DNA of 64,000 bases from an uncultured Solibacteraceae bacterium (GTDB taxonomy: Bacteria; Acidobacteriota; Terriglobia; Bryobacterales; Bryobacteraceae), in NCBI GenBank assembly GCA_964406035.1, contig CAYOQB010000005.1:10860-74859 (forward strand), in the 5' to 3' direction. The notes under the pieces were generated by a model that did no database searches, was not told the DNA's origin, and was given only the letters and a program-made list of their open reading frames with translations. How positions within the stretch are numbered: position 1 is the first letter of the stretch; each line of letters begins with the position of its first letter. This document shows positions 8,196-20,222 of the stretch, in pieces. The position numbers and the translations under genes were made by a program.

Positions 8196-9941
8196 ATGAA
8201 GCAAACCGCGTGGCAATTCGTTTCTCCCTACCTGTGGCGCTATCGCGGCAGCTTTGCCCTCGGTCTCGGCGCACTGCTCGTCAAGGATCTGCTGTCCGCG
8301 GCCACGCCGCTGGTCATCCGCAACGGAATCGACACGCTCACCGCCCGCTTTGACTGGAACGCCGTCTTACTGCTTGCCGGACTGCTGGTGCTCATCTCCG
8401 CCGCCAAGGGCGTGTTCCAGTACTGGATGCGGGTCATCATCATCGGCATCTCCCGCGACATCGAGTTCGACCTTCGCAATGACCTCTTCGCCCACCTGGT
8501 GCGGTTGGATCAGGCCTTCTACGGACGTTTTCGCACCGGAGATCTGATGGCGCGCTCCACCAACGACCTGAATGCCGTGCGCATGATGATCGGACCCGGC
8601 GTGATGTACTGGTGCGAAACCTCGATTACCTTCGTGCTGGCCACCGCCGTGATGCTGTGGGTGGACTGGCCTCTGGCGCTGATCGCGCTCGCCCCCGCGC
8701 CGCTGGTCAGCTTCGCGGTGGTCTTCTTTGGGCAGCGCATCCACGACCGCTTCGAAAAAATCCAGCGCCAGTTTTCCGACATCTCCAGCCGCGTCCAGGA
8801 GAACCTCGCCGGCGTCCGGGTCGTGCGCGCGTATTCGCAGGAGCAGGCCGAGATGCGCCACTTCGAGGTGCTGAATCGCGACTACATCCGGCAGAACCTG
8901 GGCCTCGCGAAAATTTCCGCGCTGTTCTACCCCCTGCTGCAGGCGCTGATCGGCGTGTCCTTTCTGCTGGTGTTGTGGGCCGGAGGCTACCGCCTGCTGG
9001 CCGGCAACATCTCGCTCGGCAGCTTCGTCATGTTCAACACCTACATGGGCATGCTCATCTGGCCCATGATCGGCATGGGCTGGGTGGTCAACCTGGTGCA
9101 GCGGGGCCAGGCGTCGCTGGGGCGCTTGCGCGAGTTGCTCGACGAACAGCCTTCCATCGCCGCGCCGGCGATCCCGGAAAAACTGGCGGCGCCGCCGCGC
9201 GGCGCCATCGAGTTCCGCGACGTCGAGGTCCGCTATCCCGCGCGCCACGCCCTCGCGGGCATCCACCTGACCATCGCCGCCGGCAGCACGGTGGCCATCG
9301 TCGGCCATACCGGCAGCGGCAAATCGACCCTGGTCAGTCTCATTCCCCGTCTGCTCGACCCCACCTCCGGGCAGGTTCTGCTGGACGGTGTCGATCTGCG
9401 CAAGCTGGATCCGCTCGAGCTCCGCCGCCACATCGGCTACGTGCCGCAGGAGACCTTCCTGTTTTCCTCGACTCTGGCGGGAAATATTGCTTTCGGCGTA
9501 CCCGGCGCCACCCGCCAGCAGATTCAGGGAGCTGCGCGGCTCGCCGGACTGGAGCCGGACCTCGAATCGCTGCCCAAGGGCCTCGACACCGTGATCGGCG
9601 AACGCGGCATCACCCTCTCCGGAGGCCAGAAGCAGCGAACCGCGATTGCCCGCGCCATCCTGCGCAATCCCGCGATCCTGATTCTTGATGATGCGCTCTC
9701 CGCCGTGGACACCCTGACCGAGGAACGCATTCTCACCGCGCTCAGCTCCGTGATGCGCGGCCGCACCACCATCCTGATCTCACACCGCGTATCCACGGTG
9801 CGAAACGCCGAACGCATCATCGTGATCGAGCACGGCGTCGTGGCGGAGCAGGGCTCGCATGAAGAACTGGTCCGGCGCGGCGGCTACTACGCGGATCTGT
9901 ACGCCAAGCAACTGCTCGAAGAAGAGCTCGAGTCGATTTAG
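8196..9941 (+). CDS. ABC transporter, fused permease/ATP-binding exporter (MsbA/multidrug type)
   Basis: Six-helix TMD followed by Walker A GHTGSGKST, signature LSGGQKQR and Walker B ILILDDA. Start set to ATG 8196 (MKQTAWQF) downstream of the previous stop. Confidence 0.93.
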   Translation: MKQTAWQFVSPYLWRYRGSFALGLGALLVKDLLSAATPLVIRNGIDTLTARFDWNAVLLLAGLLVLISAAKGVFQYWMRVIIIGISRDIEFDLRNDLFAHLVRLDQAFYGRFRTGDLMARSTNDLNAVRMMIGPGVMYWCETSITFVLATAVMLWVDWPLALIALAPAPLVSFAVVFFGQRIHDRFEKIQRQFSDISSRVQENLAGVRVVRAYSQEQAEMRHFEVLNRDYIRQNLGLAKISALFYPLLQALIGVSFLLVLWAGGYRLLAGNISLGSFVMFNTYMGMLIWPMIGMGWVVNLVQRGQASLGRLRELLDEQPSIAAPAIPEKLAAPPRGAIEFRDVEVRYPARHALAGIHLTIAAGSTVAIVGHTGSGKSTLVSLIPRLLDPTSGQVLLDGVDLRKLDPLELRRHIGYVPQETFLFSSTLAGNIAFGVPGATRQQIQGAARLAGLEPDLESLPKGLDTVIGERGITLSGGQKQRTAIARAILRNPAILILDDALSAVDTLTEERILTALSSVMRGRTTILISHRVSTVRNAERIIVIEHGVVAEQGSHEELVRRGGYYADLYAKQLLEEELESI

Positions 9942-10466
9942 CTACTTCAGGTCATCCGGCTTCACTTCGGTTCTGCTGCCCGTGGCCGCGAACCGCAGGA
10001 AGCCGATCAGATCCGCGAGTTCCTGATTGTTGTACGACGCCGAAGTGGGCGGATGCTTCCACTTCGTGTTCGGCTTCACCTCATCGATGGCGCTCTTAGC
10101 GACTTTCTTCAATTCCGCTTTGTTGCCGGTGAGGTCGTACAGCAACACCTGATCGCCTTCCTCGCCCGCCTTCATCGCCGGGAAGGAACCCACGCCTTTT
10201 ACCTTGTACTCGCGGACATACTCCGTCATGGTCATTTGAATCGCGGTCACCAGACCTTTGGGGACCGCGGCCGATGCCAGGGTCCGCAGATCCGGACCGG
10301 CGGGAGTTCCGATGTCCTTGATTTGATGGCACGCGGCGCATGCGACGCCCTTGGGCGAGTTGAGGAATAACTCGCGGCCCCGTTGCGCCTGCGCGGGCAG
10401 GTCTTGCGCTCTCGCCGGGGCCGCCGCCCCCAACCCCAGTGCCACCACAACAGCCAGCCGTAGCAT
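9942..10466 (-). CDS. Secreted c-type cytochrome domain protein
   Basis: Signal peptide MLRLAVVVALGLGAAAPARA. One heme-binding CxxCH motif (CAACH). Confidence 0.82.
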   Translation of the reverse strand: MLRLAVVVALGLGAAAPARAQDLPAQAQRGRELFLNSPKGVACAACHQIKDIGTPAGPDLRTLASAAVPKGLVTAIQMTMTEYVREYKVKGVGSFPAMKAGEEGDQVLLYDLTGNKAELKKVAKSAIDEVKPNTKWKHPPTSASYNNQELADLIGFLRFAATGSRTEVKPDDLK

Positions 10467-10574
10467 AACTTACCTCCAGCTCTCGGGATGCAATCGCGAG
10501 GCCGTCCGTAAGTTATTGAATCCGATCAGATTTTGTAACTCGAAATGAGCGAAATCACCCAGCTCGGCGGTCCC

Positions 10575-11375
10575 CTAGCGGGGCAATCGCAACTCCACTC
10601 CACGCTCTCCGTTCAGCCGCTGTGACAAGTCGCGATCCACCAGCGCAAGCGATACGCGGTTGATCACCTGTTTGGGCGTGACGTAGTTCAGGGTGTCGCC
10701 TTCCACCCAGTAGGCGACCGCGGAGAGAACCGAAGAGTCGTTCAGCGCGATGAGGTAAATGACTGGTTTATCAGATGGTTGCGGGTCGCGAGCAGGCTCG
10801 GCGGCAGGGCTTGGCCGGGCTTCGTAGATGCGCAGGCCCCCCGCTCCGGGCTCCGGCAACCTGGCGTCGCTGTAGTCGCGCAACACCGGGTTCACCTGCT
10901 CCGGCCGGTAATTTTGGTTGATCACCACCACCGGCGGATTGGCCACCTGGACTGGTTGGGGAACCACCACGGTCTGTGGCTCATTCCAGCCCCAACCGAA
11001 GCCCCCGCCGATCGGGATCGGGACGTAAACCGGCAGGACGCCGCGGCGCTGGTTCCAGCCGAAACCCCCGCCGAAGCCGCCGCCCACGAAGCCGCCGCCG
11101 CGCCACGGATTGCCCTGAATGGTGCCGCTCAACTGCCTGGGGAAATTGAAGTTATGGATGGATGCACCGGGCGGAAGCGCGGCAATCGGCGTGCCTGGAT
11201 TGACTATGCTGGGCACGAATCCGGGATGCACGGGCGCGCCAACAATCACCGGCGGGCGCGCGCCAACGCCGGGACCCGGTCCCATCGGCCGAGGCATCGG
11301 CCTCATGCCTCCTCCGCCGCGTTGCGCGAGCAACGCCGTGCTGGCCAGAACCATCCAAGTAAGCAGACGAAACAT
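10575..11375 (-). CDS. Secreted Gly/Pro-rich hypothetical protein
   Basis: ATG 11375 gives MFRLLTWMVLASTALLAQ, a signal-like start. Low-complexity GGGF/GWGW repeats, then a globular C-terminus. No family recognised. Confidence 0.65.
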   Translation of the reverse strand: MFRLLTWMVLASTALLAQRGGGGMRPMPRPMGPGPGVGARPPVIVGAPVHPGFVPSIVNPGTPIAALPPGASIHNFNFPRQLSGTIQGNPWRGGGFVGGGFGGGFGWNQRRGVLPVYVPIPIGGGFGWGWNEPQTVVVPQPVQVANPPVVVINQNYRPEQVNPVLRDYSDARLPEPGAGGLRIYEARPSPAAEPARDPQPSDKPVIYLIALNDSSVLSAVAYWVEGDTLNYVTPKQVINRVSLALVDRDLSQRLNGERGVELRLPR

Positions 11376-11499
11376 GGCGCAATCCACCCTCTAGTAGTTT
11401 AGGCGCAAAACGCGCGCGGAGGGATTCAAAAATCCGAAACGCGGCGGCCGCCCACCGGATTCGAAGCCGGGGCGCGGTAACATGGTAGCTGGTAGTTTT

Positions 11500-14309
<2,810 letters not shown>

Positions 14310-14325
<16 letters not shown>

Positions 14326-15227
14326 TCCTCTTAGCGGGCCTTTCGGCGCCGATTTTTGCCGCGATTTGGCCCGAAATGGCCGGCGATTACCGCCGCACGC
14401 AGGCGCGTCCGCTGGCGCCGGAGGACGCGGCGCTCTTCCAGGAACTCGGCTTCCAGGAAGGCGAATCCGCGGTCCTGCGGGGACCCGCCGGTTCCCTGGA
14501 AGTCCGCGCCTGGCGCTTTCAGGATTCCACCGGCGCCTATGCGGCCTCCCTGCTTTTGGGACGCGAGTTTCAACAGGCCGGGAACCACCTCATTCGCTTC
14601 GTCCCCGATCCTGGGCCCAAAACCCGGCAAGCGATCGTCGATGCGCTGCAACCGCGTCGTCAGGCGCTGCCCGTCCTGCCCACTTATGTGCCTCGGCAGA
14701 ATCTGGTAAAGGGCAGTGAACGCTATATTTTAGGACCGATCGGGCTGGCCCGGGTGGAGCCCGGAATCCCGCCCGCGGAGGCCGGTTTCCACCTCGGCGG
14801 CGAAGCTCAGTTCGCGCGTTACAGCGCCGGGGGCAAGAGCTTCAACCTGTTGATCTTCAGTTACCCCACGCCGGGTATCGCGCGCGACCGGGCGGCCGCG
14901 TTTCAGAATCTGCCGGGTGCGCTGGTGCGGCGCAGCGGGACCATGGTGGGGGTGATTCGCGAACCCGCCGATCCGGCACTGGCTGCCCGTACCCTGGACC
15001 AGATCAATCAGGAGGTTACGGCGGTTTTCAACAGCGTACCTCCGGCGCCGGTGCCGGTGAAGGATGCCATGCACATGGTGCTGGCGGCGTTCGAACTCGC
15101 CGGGGTTCTCCTGGCCGCCTGCCTGGCCGCCGGACTGATTTTCGCCCTGGTTCTGTTCACGGTCCGCCGCCGGGGCTACGTCTCCGGAGGCGAGGCCATG
15201 ACTTCGCTCCACCTCCGCGACGAGTAG
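14310..15227 (+). CDS. Hypothetical protein with N-terminal signal and C-terminal TM anchor
   Basis: ATG 14310 ([17 protein letters not shown]) overlaps the secA 3' end by 16 nt. C-terminal helix [27 protein letters not shown]. No family recognised. Confidence 0.65.
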
Positions 15228-15406
15228 CCGAATCCGCCGCAAGACGTATCAGTAAGCCCTAAAGTTTGCCATCGCTTGCACTGGAATGGGGCGCCCGCCC
15301 AAGACCCCGGAAGGGGTTTTTCCACAACGCGGTTTCAAAACGGGAATCGCATAAAGTGTTTCGGCAGAACGTCTTAAGAGCGCTTTTCGCGCGGCCAGAT
15401 TTTCTC

Positions 15407-15435
15407 TTGACTTCATTTCTGGCAGACCCTAAGAT
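15407..15435 (+). promoter_or_regulatory. Sigma-70-like promoter candidate TTGACT-17 nt-TAAGAT
   Basis: Hexamers read directly at 15407-15412 and 15430-15435 in a low-GC spacer. This matches 5/6 and 4/6 of the TTGACA/TATAAT consensus with ideal spacing. Confidence 0.45.
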
Positions 15436-15487
15436 CCAATCACACACAGATTTTGGCGGTTGCGAAACCGTCGGATCTGATTCTCCC

Positions 15488-15538
15488 ATGAACATCACCC
15501 TGGTAGAACAGGGCGACAAAATGCTCACCTTCGGGTGA
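15488..15538 (+). CDS. Candidate 16-codon leader peptide MNITLVEQGDKMLTFG
   Basis: ATG 15488 to TGA 15536-15538. The last codons and the stop are embedded in the downstream terminator hairpin. No clear Shine-Dalgarno, so translation is unproven. Confidence 0.25.
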   Translation: MNITLVEQGDKMLTFG

Positions 15539-15550
15539 GCATTTTACTTT
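15521..15550 (+). terminator. Intrinsic terminator / attenuator hairpin
   Basis: Perfect 9-bp stem ATGCTCACC / GGTGAGCAT closed by a TTCG tetraloop (15521-15542), followed by TTTACTTT. It sits 13 nt before the ATG of the next gene. Confidence 0.6.
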
Positions 15551-15562
15551 GGAATCAGACTC

Positions 15563-17065
15563 ATGGCACCCATAACACCCGCGCCGATGGCGCTACCTGA
15601 CCTGAGGAGCGCCGGAGTACCGGCAGTCCTGTTCCTGTTCGAGACCGACTGTCCCACCTGCCGGCTGGCGAGCCCGTACCTGAGCCGCCTGGCCGAAGCA
15701 GCGGGGCCGCTGGCGCGCATTATCGGGTTGTCCCAGGACCCGGAAGACCCCACCGCCGCTTTCGCCCGCCAGACGGGCGCAAAATTCGAAATCTGGAGGG
15801 ACGAGGGCTTCCCTTACTCCCGCGAGCTGGACCCCGGCTTCGTCCCCGCCTGGTATGTCTTCGACGCCAAAGGCCAGTTGATCCAGCATTGGGTGGGGTT
15901 CGACAAGGCCGAACTCAACACCGCCGCCGCCGGGCTCGGTTTGCCCGCGGTGGCCTCCGATTCCGACGGAAATCCGCCGTCCAAACCGGGCTGCACGTCG
16001 CGTCATCGCGAAGGTCCGGACGCGGGGGTGGGAGTGGAGACGGCTGTGCCAGAGGCGGGCCGGGCTTCGCAAATTGAACTGGCGCAAGGGGTTGACCCAT
16101 GGGAGTATTGCCGGGACTGGGATCCCCTGCCGGTGGTGCCGCCGACCCGCGAACGGGTGGAGCGGATGATCGGAGACCGCGATCCGGGGGAGCTGATCGC
16201 GCTGGTCCCTCCCAATTTCGGGCCGGCGACGGTGGAGAAGATCGCGGCAAACGCCGTGATGGCGGGCTGCGATCCGGCGATGATGCGGGTGCTGATCCCG
16301 CTGATCCGGGCGGTTTGCGATGAGCGCTTCAATCTGCACGGCGTCCAGGCGACCACCCATTTCGCCTGCCCGCTAGTGATTCTGAACGGTCCCATCCGGA
16401 CGGAGTTGGGGTTCGCCAGCGGGTCCAACGTGTTTTCGAACGTGGCCCGCGCGAATTCCACCCTCGGCCGGGCATTGCAACTGATTTTGAGCCTGATCGG
16501 CGGGGCGAAACCGGGTGAAATCGATATGTCGGCGCTGGGAAATCCAGGCAAATTCTCGTATGTGATCGCGGAAAACGAAGAACGGAGCCCGTGGACGCCG
16601 CTGGCTTCGGGGAACGCGATTACGCTGTTCGCCGGTGCTCCGCCGGCGGGTTTCAGCGAGCACCGGGCGCGCGACGCGAGAACGCTGCTGCGGGCGTTCA
16701 CCAGGGTGCTGGAAACCACCTGGAGCCCGCGGCTCTGCGGCATGGTGGAGGCCTTTGTGGTGGTGTGTCCGGAACACGCGGCGACGCTCGCGCGTGACGG
16801 ATTCTCAAAGGAGGACGTCCGGCAGCACCTGTTCGAGAACACCGGCGTGCCGCTGCGCGAGTTCGATGACGACGGCGAGGGAACGCAATTCCAGCAGCTC
16901 TATACCCGGGTGACGATCCGGGGCGCGGAGTGTTACCGCAAGTTCGCCGCGCCGGAACAGATCCAGATCGTGGTGGCGGGTGGGACGGCGGGCAAGTTTT
17001 CCGCGGTCATATCAGGCTGGCAATCGGGGCCGCGCGGCAGCCAGAGCGTGACGTACCGAATCTAG
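15563..17065 (+). CDS. Thioredoxin-fold (TlpA/AhpC-TSA-like, CPTC) domain fused to an unassigned ~330-aa domain
   Basis: N-terminus VLFLFETDCPTCRLASPYLSRL with a CxxC motif. Pro/Gly-rich linker. C-terminal blocks TVEKIAANAVMAGC, HGVQATTHFACPLVILNGP and NSTLGRALQLIL are not assignable by eye. Confidence 0.8.
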   Translation: MAPITPAPMALPDLRSAGVPAVLFLFETDCPTCRLASPYLSRLAEAAGPLARIIGLSQDPEDPTAAFARQTGAKFEIWRDEGFPYSRELDPGFVPAWYVFDAKGQLIQHWVGFDKAELNTAAAGLGLPAVASDSDGNPPSKPGCTSRHREGPDAGVGVETAVPEAGRASQIELAQGVDPWEYCRDWDPLPVVPPTRERVERMIGDRDPGELIALVPPNFGPATVEKIAANAVMAGCDPAMMRVLIPLIRAVCDERFNLHGVQATTHFACPLVILNGPIRTELGFASGSNVFSNVARANSTLGRALQLILSLIGGAKPGEIDMSALGNPGKFSYVIAENEERSPWTPLASGNAITLFAGAPPAGFSEHRARDARTLLRAFTRVLETTWSPRLCGMVEAFVVVCPEHAATLARDGFSKEDVRQHLFENTGVPLREFDDDGEGTQFQQLYTRVTIRGAECYRKFAAPEQIQIVVAGGTAGKFSAVISGWQSGPRGSQSVTYRI

Positions 17066-18339
17066 GCGAGCGCGGAGCGCGAGGCTGCCTCGGCCGACGC
17101 GGAACGGTTGGGCTTGCGAATCCAGCTTCCGCGCGGCGTCAGCACCGTGACGCCGCTCTCGGTGACGACGCAGCCCTGCTCGCGGTCGGCCACCGGATCG
17201 TAGCCGAGCGTGGTTCCGGGGGGAATCTGAACCCCGGCGGGCACGATGGTCCGGCGCAGGCGGGAGCGGCGGCCCACCTCGCACCCGGGCAGCAGGATCG
17301 AATCCTCCACCTCGGAGTAGCTGTGAACACGAACCGCCGGTGAGAGCACGCTCCGCAGCACGCGGCCGCCGGACACAATACAGCCGGGAGCGACAATGGA
17401 ATCGAGCGCGATGCCCATGCGCGTATCCGCCCCGGCGAAAACGAACTTCGCGGGCGGCTGTTGCGGCATCAGCGTGCGGACGGGCCAGTGCGTGTCGTAA
17501 AGGTTGAACTCCGGCGTCACGCTGACCAGGTCCATGTTGGCTTCGAAGTAGGCGTCCAGGGTTCCGACGTCGCGCCAGTAACGGGAGCGCTTGTCGTTGA
17601 GATCGAAGAAGTCGTACGCCGCGACGCGGCAGTTCTCCAGGCACTTGGGCAGGATGTCCTTGCCGAAGTCGTGCGAGGAGGCGGGATCGGCGGCATCCTC
17701 GGTAAGAGCGCGGACCAGCGCTTCGGTGCGGAACAAATAGATGCCCATGGAGGCGCTGATCATCTCCGGGTCGAAGACGCTGCGCACCGGAGTACCGTGG
17801 CGCGGCTTTTCCTCGAAGCCGCGGATGCGGTAATCGGACGAGATGTCGCAGACGCCGAACTGGGGCGCCTCGCCGGGAGGCAACTGAATGGTGGAGATGG
17901 TGATGTCGGCGCCCTGCTGCTGATGCCAATCCAGCATGGCGCGATAATCCATCTTGTAGATGTGATCGCCGGAGAGGATGAGGGTCAGGGGGCAATCCTC
18001 GGCGACGATGCTTTCCAGGTTCTGATACACGGCGTCGGCGGTGCCCAGGTACCAGTTGTCGTGGACCCGCTTCATGGGCGGGATCACTTCAATGAACTCG
18101 CCGAGTTCGGTGCCGACGATGGACCAGCCCTCGCGGACATGGCGGTTGAGCTCCATGGCCTTGTACTGGGTCAGGATGAAGATCCGGCGCAGTCCGGAAT
18201 TGATGCAATTGGAAAGAGTGAAATCGATGATGCGGTACATGCCGCCGAATGGCACGGCCGGCTTGGCGGTATGGATGGTTAACGGGTGCAGACGCTCACC
18301 CGCGCCGCCCGCGAGAAGGATGGTCAGGACCTGCTGCAA
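17062..18339 (-). CDS. glgC: Glucose-1-phosphate adenylyltransferase
   Basis: LAGGAGERLHPLT, PAVPFGGMYRIIDFTLSNCINSG, and a C-terminal left-handed beta-helix region. Its stop overlaps the convergent gene in CTAG. Confidence 0.95.
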   Translation of the reverse strand: MQQVLTILLAGGAGERLHPLTIHTAKPAVPFGGMYRIIDFTLSNCINSGLRRIFILTQYKAMELNRHVREGWSIVGTELGEFIEVIPPMKRVHDNWYLGTADAVYQNLESIVAEDCPLTLILSGDHIYKMDYRAMLDWHQQQGADITISTIQLPPGEAPQFGVCDISSDYRIRGFEEKPRHGTPVRSVFDPEMISASMGIYLFRTEALVRALTEDAADPASSHDFGKDILPKCLENCRVAAYDFFDLNDKRSRYWRDVGTLDAYFEANMDLVSVTPEFNLYDTHWPVRTLMPQQPPAKFVFAGADTRMGIALDSIVAPGCIVSGGRVLRSVLSPAVRVHSYSEVEDSILLPGCEVGRRSRLRRTIVPAGVQIPPGTTLGYDPVADREQGCVVTESGVTVLTPRGSWIRKPNRSASAEAASRSALA

Positions 18340-18410
18340 TCCGCCCCTCCATTTCGGAACTTTGCTACCATGATCATAGCGCCAACAGGTTACGAGGAGG
18401 TGAGTTCGTT

Positions 18411-18608
18411 TTGGCGGAAGTGAATATTCAAGACGGTGAGTCGCTTGAGAGCGCCTTGCGGCGGTTTAAGCGCAAGGTTCAGCAGGAAGACATCATCAAG
18501 GAAATCAAGCGGCACTCCTTCTACCTGAAGCCCGGCGAAAAGCGCCGGACCAAGGAAGCGCTGGCCCGCAAGCGGAATCGCAAGAAGCGCAGAAGCGACT
18601 CCGAGTAG
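18411..18608 (+). CDS. rpsU: 30S ribosomal protein S21
   Basis: TTG start 18411 with GAGGAGG at 18394-18400. (M)AEVNIQDGESLESALRRFKRKVQQEDIIKEIKRHSFYLKPGEKRR is a classic S21 sequence. Confidence 0.9.
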   Translation: MAEVNIQDGESLESALRRFKRKVQQEDIIKEIKRHSFYLKPGEKRRTKEALARKRNRKKRRSDSE

Positions 18609-18630
18609 CACGAACCATCTCCAAGCAAGG

Positions 18631-18659
18631 AAAGGCAGGCTCCCCGGAGCCTGCCTTTT
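18631..18659. terminator. Bidirectional intrinsic terminator between rpsU and the convergent gene
   Basis: Stem AAAGGCAGGCTCC / GGAGCCTGCCTTT flanked by A-run and T-run. It can terminate transcripts from either strand. Confidence 0.7.
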
Positions 18660-18670
18660 CCACATAGCGG

Positions 18671-19702
18671 TCAGCGTTTCAGCATCTTGCGGAACTCGGA
18701 CTCCACTTCCTTGAAGCCGGCGGGGATCTCAAAGCTTGCGGCGTCCACCGGCGCGGTGGAGAAGTTGGAGCTTTCGGTGGTCATCTCCATCAGCACGCCG
18801 GGTTGCGGCTGGGATTCCGGCGGCGTCTGGGTTTGGGCCTGCGGTTCCTGATCCTTCTTCTTGCGCGAGAGCATGCCGCCGAGCCCGCGGCCCAGCGATC
18901 CGCCGAGCGCTCCGCCGACGGATTCTCCGGTGGAAGGCCGCTGCGCGGGCTGGGCATCGGCGCCGGACGCATCCCCTGCGAGCCGCGTGGTCACCACCTG
19001 AAGAACCGGAATGCCTTCCAGCTTCTTCGATTCTTCCATCAGCTTCTGCCAGCTCTTCTGCGAGTCCGGGTTCATTGCGGCGAACGGATTCATTGGCCCC
19101 GCGCCGCCAAACGTGCCTGCGTACTTCTTGCCGGCCTCGGCTTGAAAGCGGGCGTACTCCTGGTAACCGGGAACATCCTTGGCCATCCACATCCGCATTT
19201 CCATAATCATGCTGGCGGAGGCGTCGCGGTTCTGATCTCCCGCGCCGGCGGCGGACAGGTCCATGGTCATCAGGACTTCGCGGGTGTTGACGCCGCTGAT
19301 GTTGCGGGTCGCTCCGGTTTCGCTTACCGAGACCTTGACGTCCATTTTCGCGTCGGATTGCCTGCCGCGGTTCTGCATCTCCCGCGACATCTTCTCCATG
19401 GCCTGCCGCATCTCCTCGAAGGTGGAAACGGAATAGGTTTTGCGGCCGAAGTCGACATTGGTTATGGCGCCTTTGTCCAGGTCGACGATCATGGCGGTGT
19501 CCTTGGAGACAGTGGCCATGCGGTTGCCCTTGATGTAGACATTGCTGACCATGGGCTCGCGCATGGATCGCGAGAACATACCCGCGACCTTCATCATTCC
19601 GCTGCCGGCGATTTTGGTGGTTTGCGTCTGGCTGAAGTCGGCCAGCAGCGGGGCGGAGGCGGCGAACACGAGCGCCACGGCGCCCAGAATCCTGTAATTC
19701 AT
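18671..19702 (-). CDS. Secreted hypothetical protein
   Basis: ATG 19702 gives MNYRILGAVALVFAASAPLLA, a signal peptide. Met/Lys-rich globular region and a Gly/Gln/Pro-rich segment. No family recognised. Confidence 0.7.
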   Translation of the reverse strand: MNYRILGAVALVFAASAPLLADFSQTQTTKIAGSGMMKVAGMFSRSMREPMVSNVYIKGNRMATVSKDTAMIVDLDKGAITNVDFGRKTYSVSTFEEMRQAMEKMSREMQNRGRQSDAKMDVKVSVSETGATRNISGVNTREVLMTMDLSAAGAGDQNRDASASMIMEMRMWMAKDVPGYQEYARFQAEAGKKYAGTFGGAGPMNPFAAMNPDSQKSWQKLMEESKKLEGIPVLQVVTTRLAGDASGADAQPAQRPSTGESVGGALGGSLGRGLGGMLSRKKKDQEPQAQTQTPPESQPQPGVLMEMTTESSNFSTAPVDAASFEIPAGFKEVESEFRKMLKR

Positions 19703-19784
19703 GGATTGGCTCCTATCCGGCTCCATCTTACGACACCACCCGGATATGGCAAATTAGGAATTCTTCTTACAGGCAGGCCGCGCC

Positions 19785-20012
19785 ATGCTGATTCGAGTGA
19801 AGGTGATCCCGAGGAGTTCCCGCACCGCTCTTGCCGGCGAGATGGCCGACGGGACGCTGCGCGTGAAGGTGGCGGCGGTTCCCGAGAAGGGCAGGGCGAA
19901 CGAGGCTTTGTGCGAGTTTCTGGCGGCGCATTTCGGCGTTGCCAGGTCACGGGTGGAGGTGGTCAGCGGAGCGGCGTCAACCTTGAAAACGATTCGAATC
20001 GCGGATCGGTGA
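19785..20012 (+). CDS. DUF167/YggU family protein
   Basis: MLIRVKVIPRSSRTALAGEMADGTLRVKVAAVPEKGRANEAL...FLA matches the YggU-type pattern (V.PGA...I......L.V.V.A.P..G.AN). Confidence 0.82.
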   Translation: MLIRVKVIPRSSRTALAGEMADGTLRVKVAAVPEKGRANEALCEFLAAHFGVARSRVEVVSGAASTLKTIRIADR

Positions 20013-20018
20013 CTGCCT

Positions 20019-20222
20019 TTAGTGCGCGGCGGACATGCGGGACACCCAGCGCAGGTAACGCCAGAACTCGGCGCGATTGCTCCAGGCGACCTGGATGAAT
20101 TGACGGGGCGTGATTTCCCCGGCGTGGAGTCCGGTGTAGGTTTCCATGCGCCAGCGGAGGTACGGACTGGCCCAGGGACGCAGGCGATAGCCGCGCGTCG
20201 CCCGCCAGAGAAAGCGGATCAT
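20019..20222 (-). CDS. Small Trp/Arg-rich hypothetical protein (67 aa)
   Basis: Its ATG overlaps the stop of the upstream VWA gene (ATGA at 20219-20222), which suggests translational coupling. No family recognised. Confidence 0.5.
   Translation of the reverse strand: MIRFLWRATRGYRLRPWASPYLRWRMETYTGLHAGEITPRQFIQVAWSNRAEFWRYLRWVSRMSAAH

Noticed and set aside
10575-11375. Gly-rich repeats considered as a DNA tandem repeat
   Set aside because: The repeats are short, degenerate and in-frame (GGGFxGGGF, GFGWGW) within a secreted protein. They are low-complexity coding sequence, not a structured DNA repeat.
15259-15538. 90-aa (+) and 89-aa (-) ORFs in the spacer before the thioredoxin-fusion gene
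   Set aside because: The region is low in GC and lacks third-position bias. It contains promoter-like hexamers and a terminator hairpin, so it is better explained as a non-coding leader.
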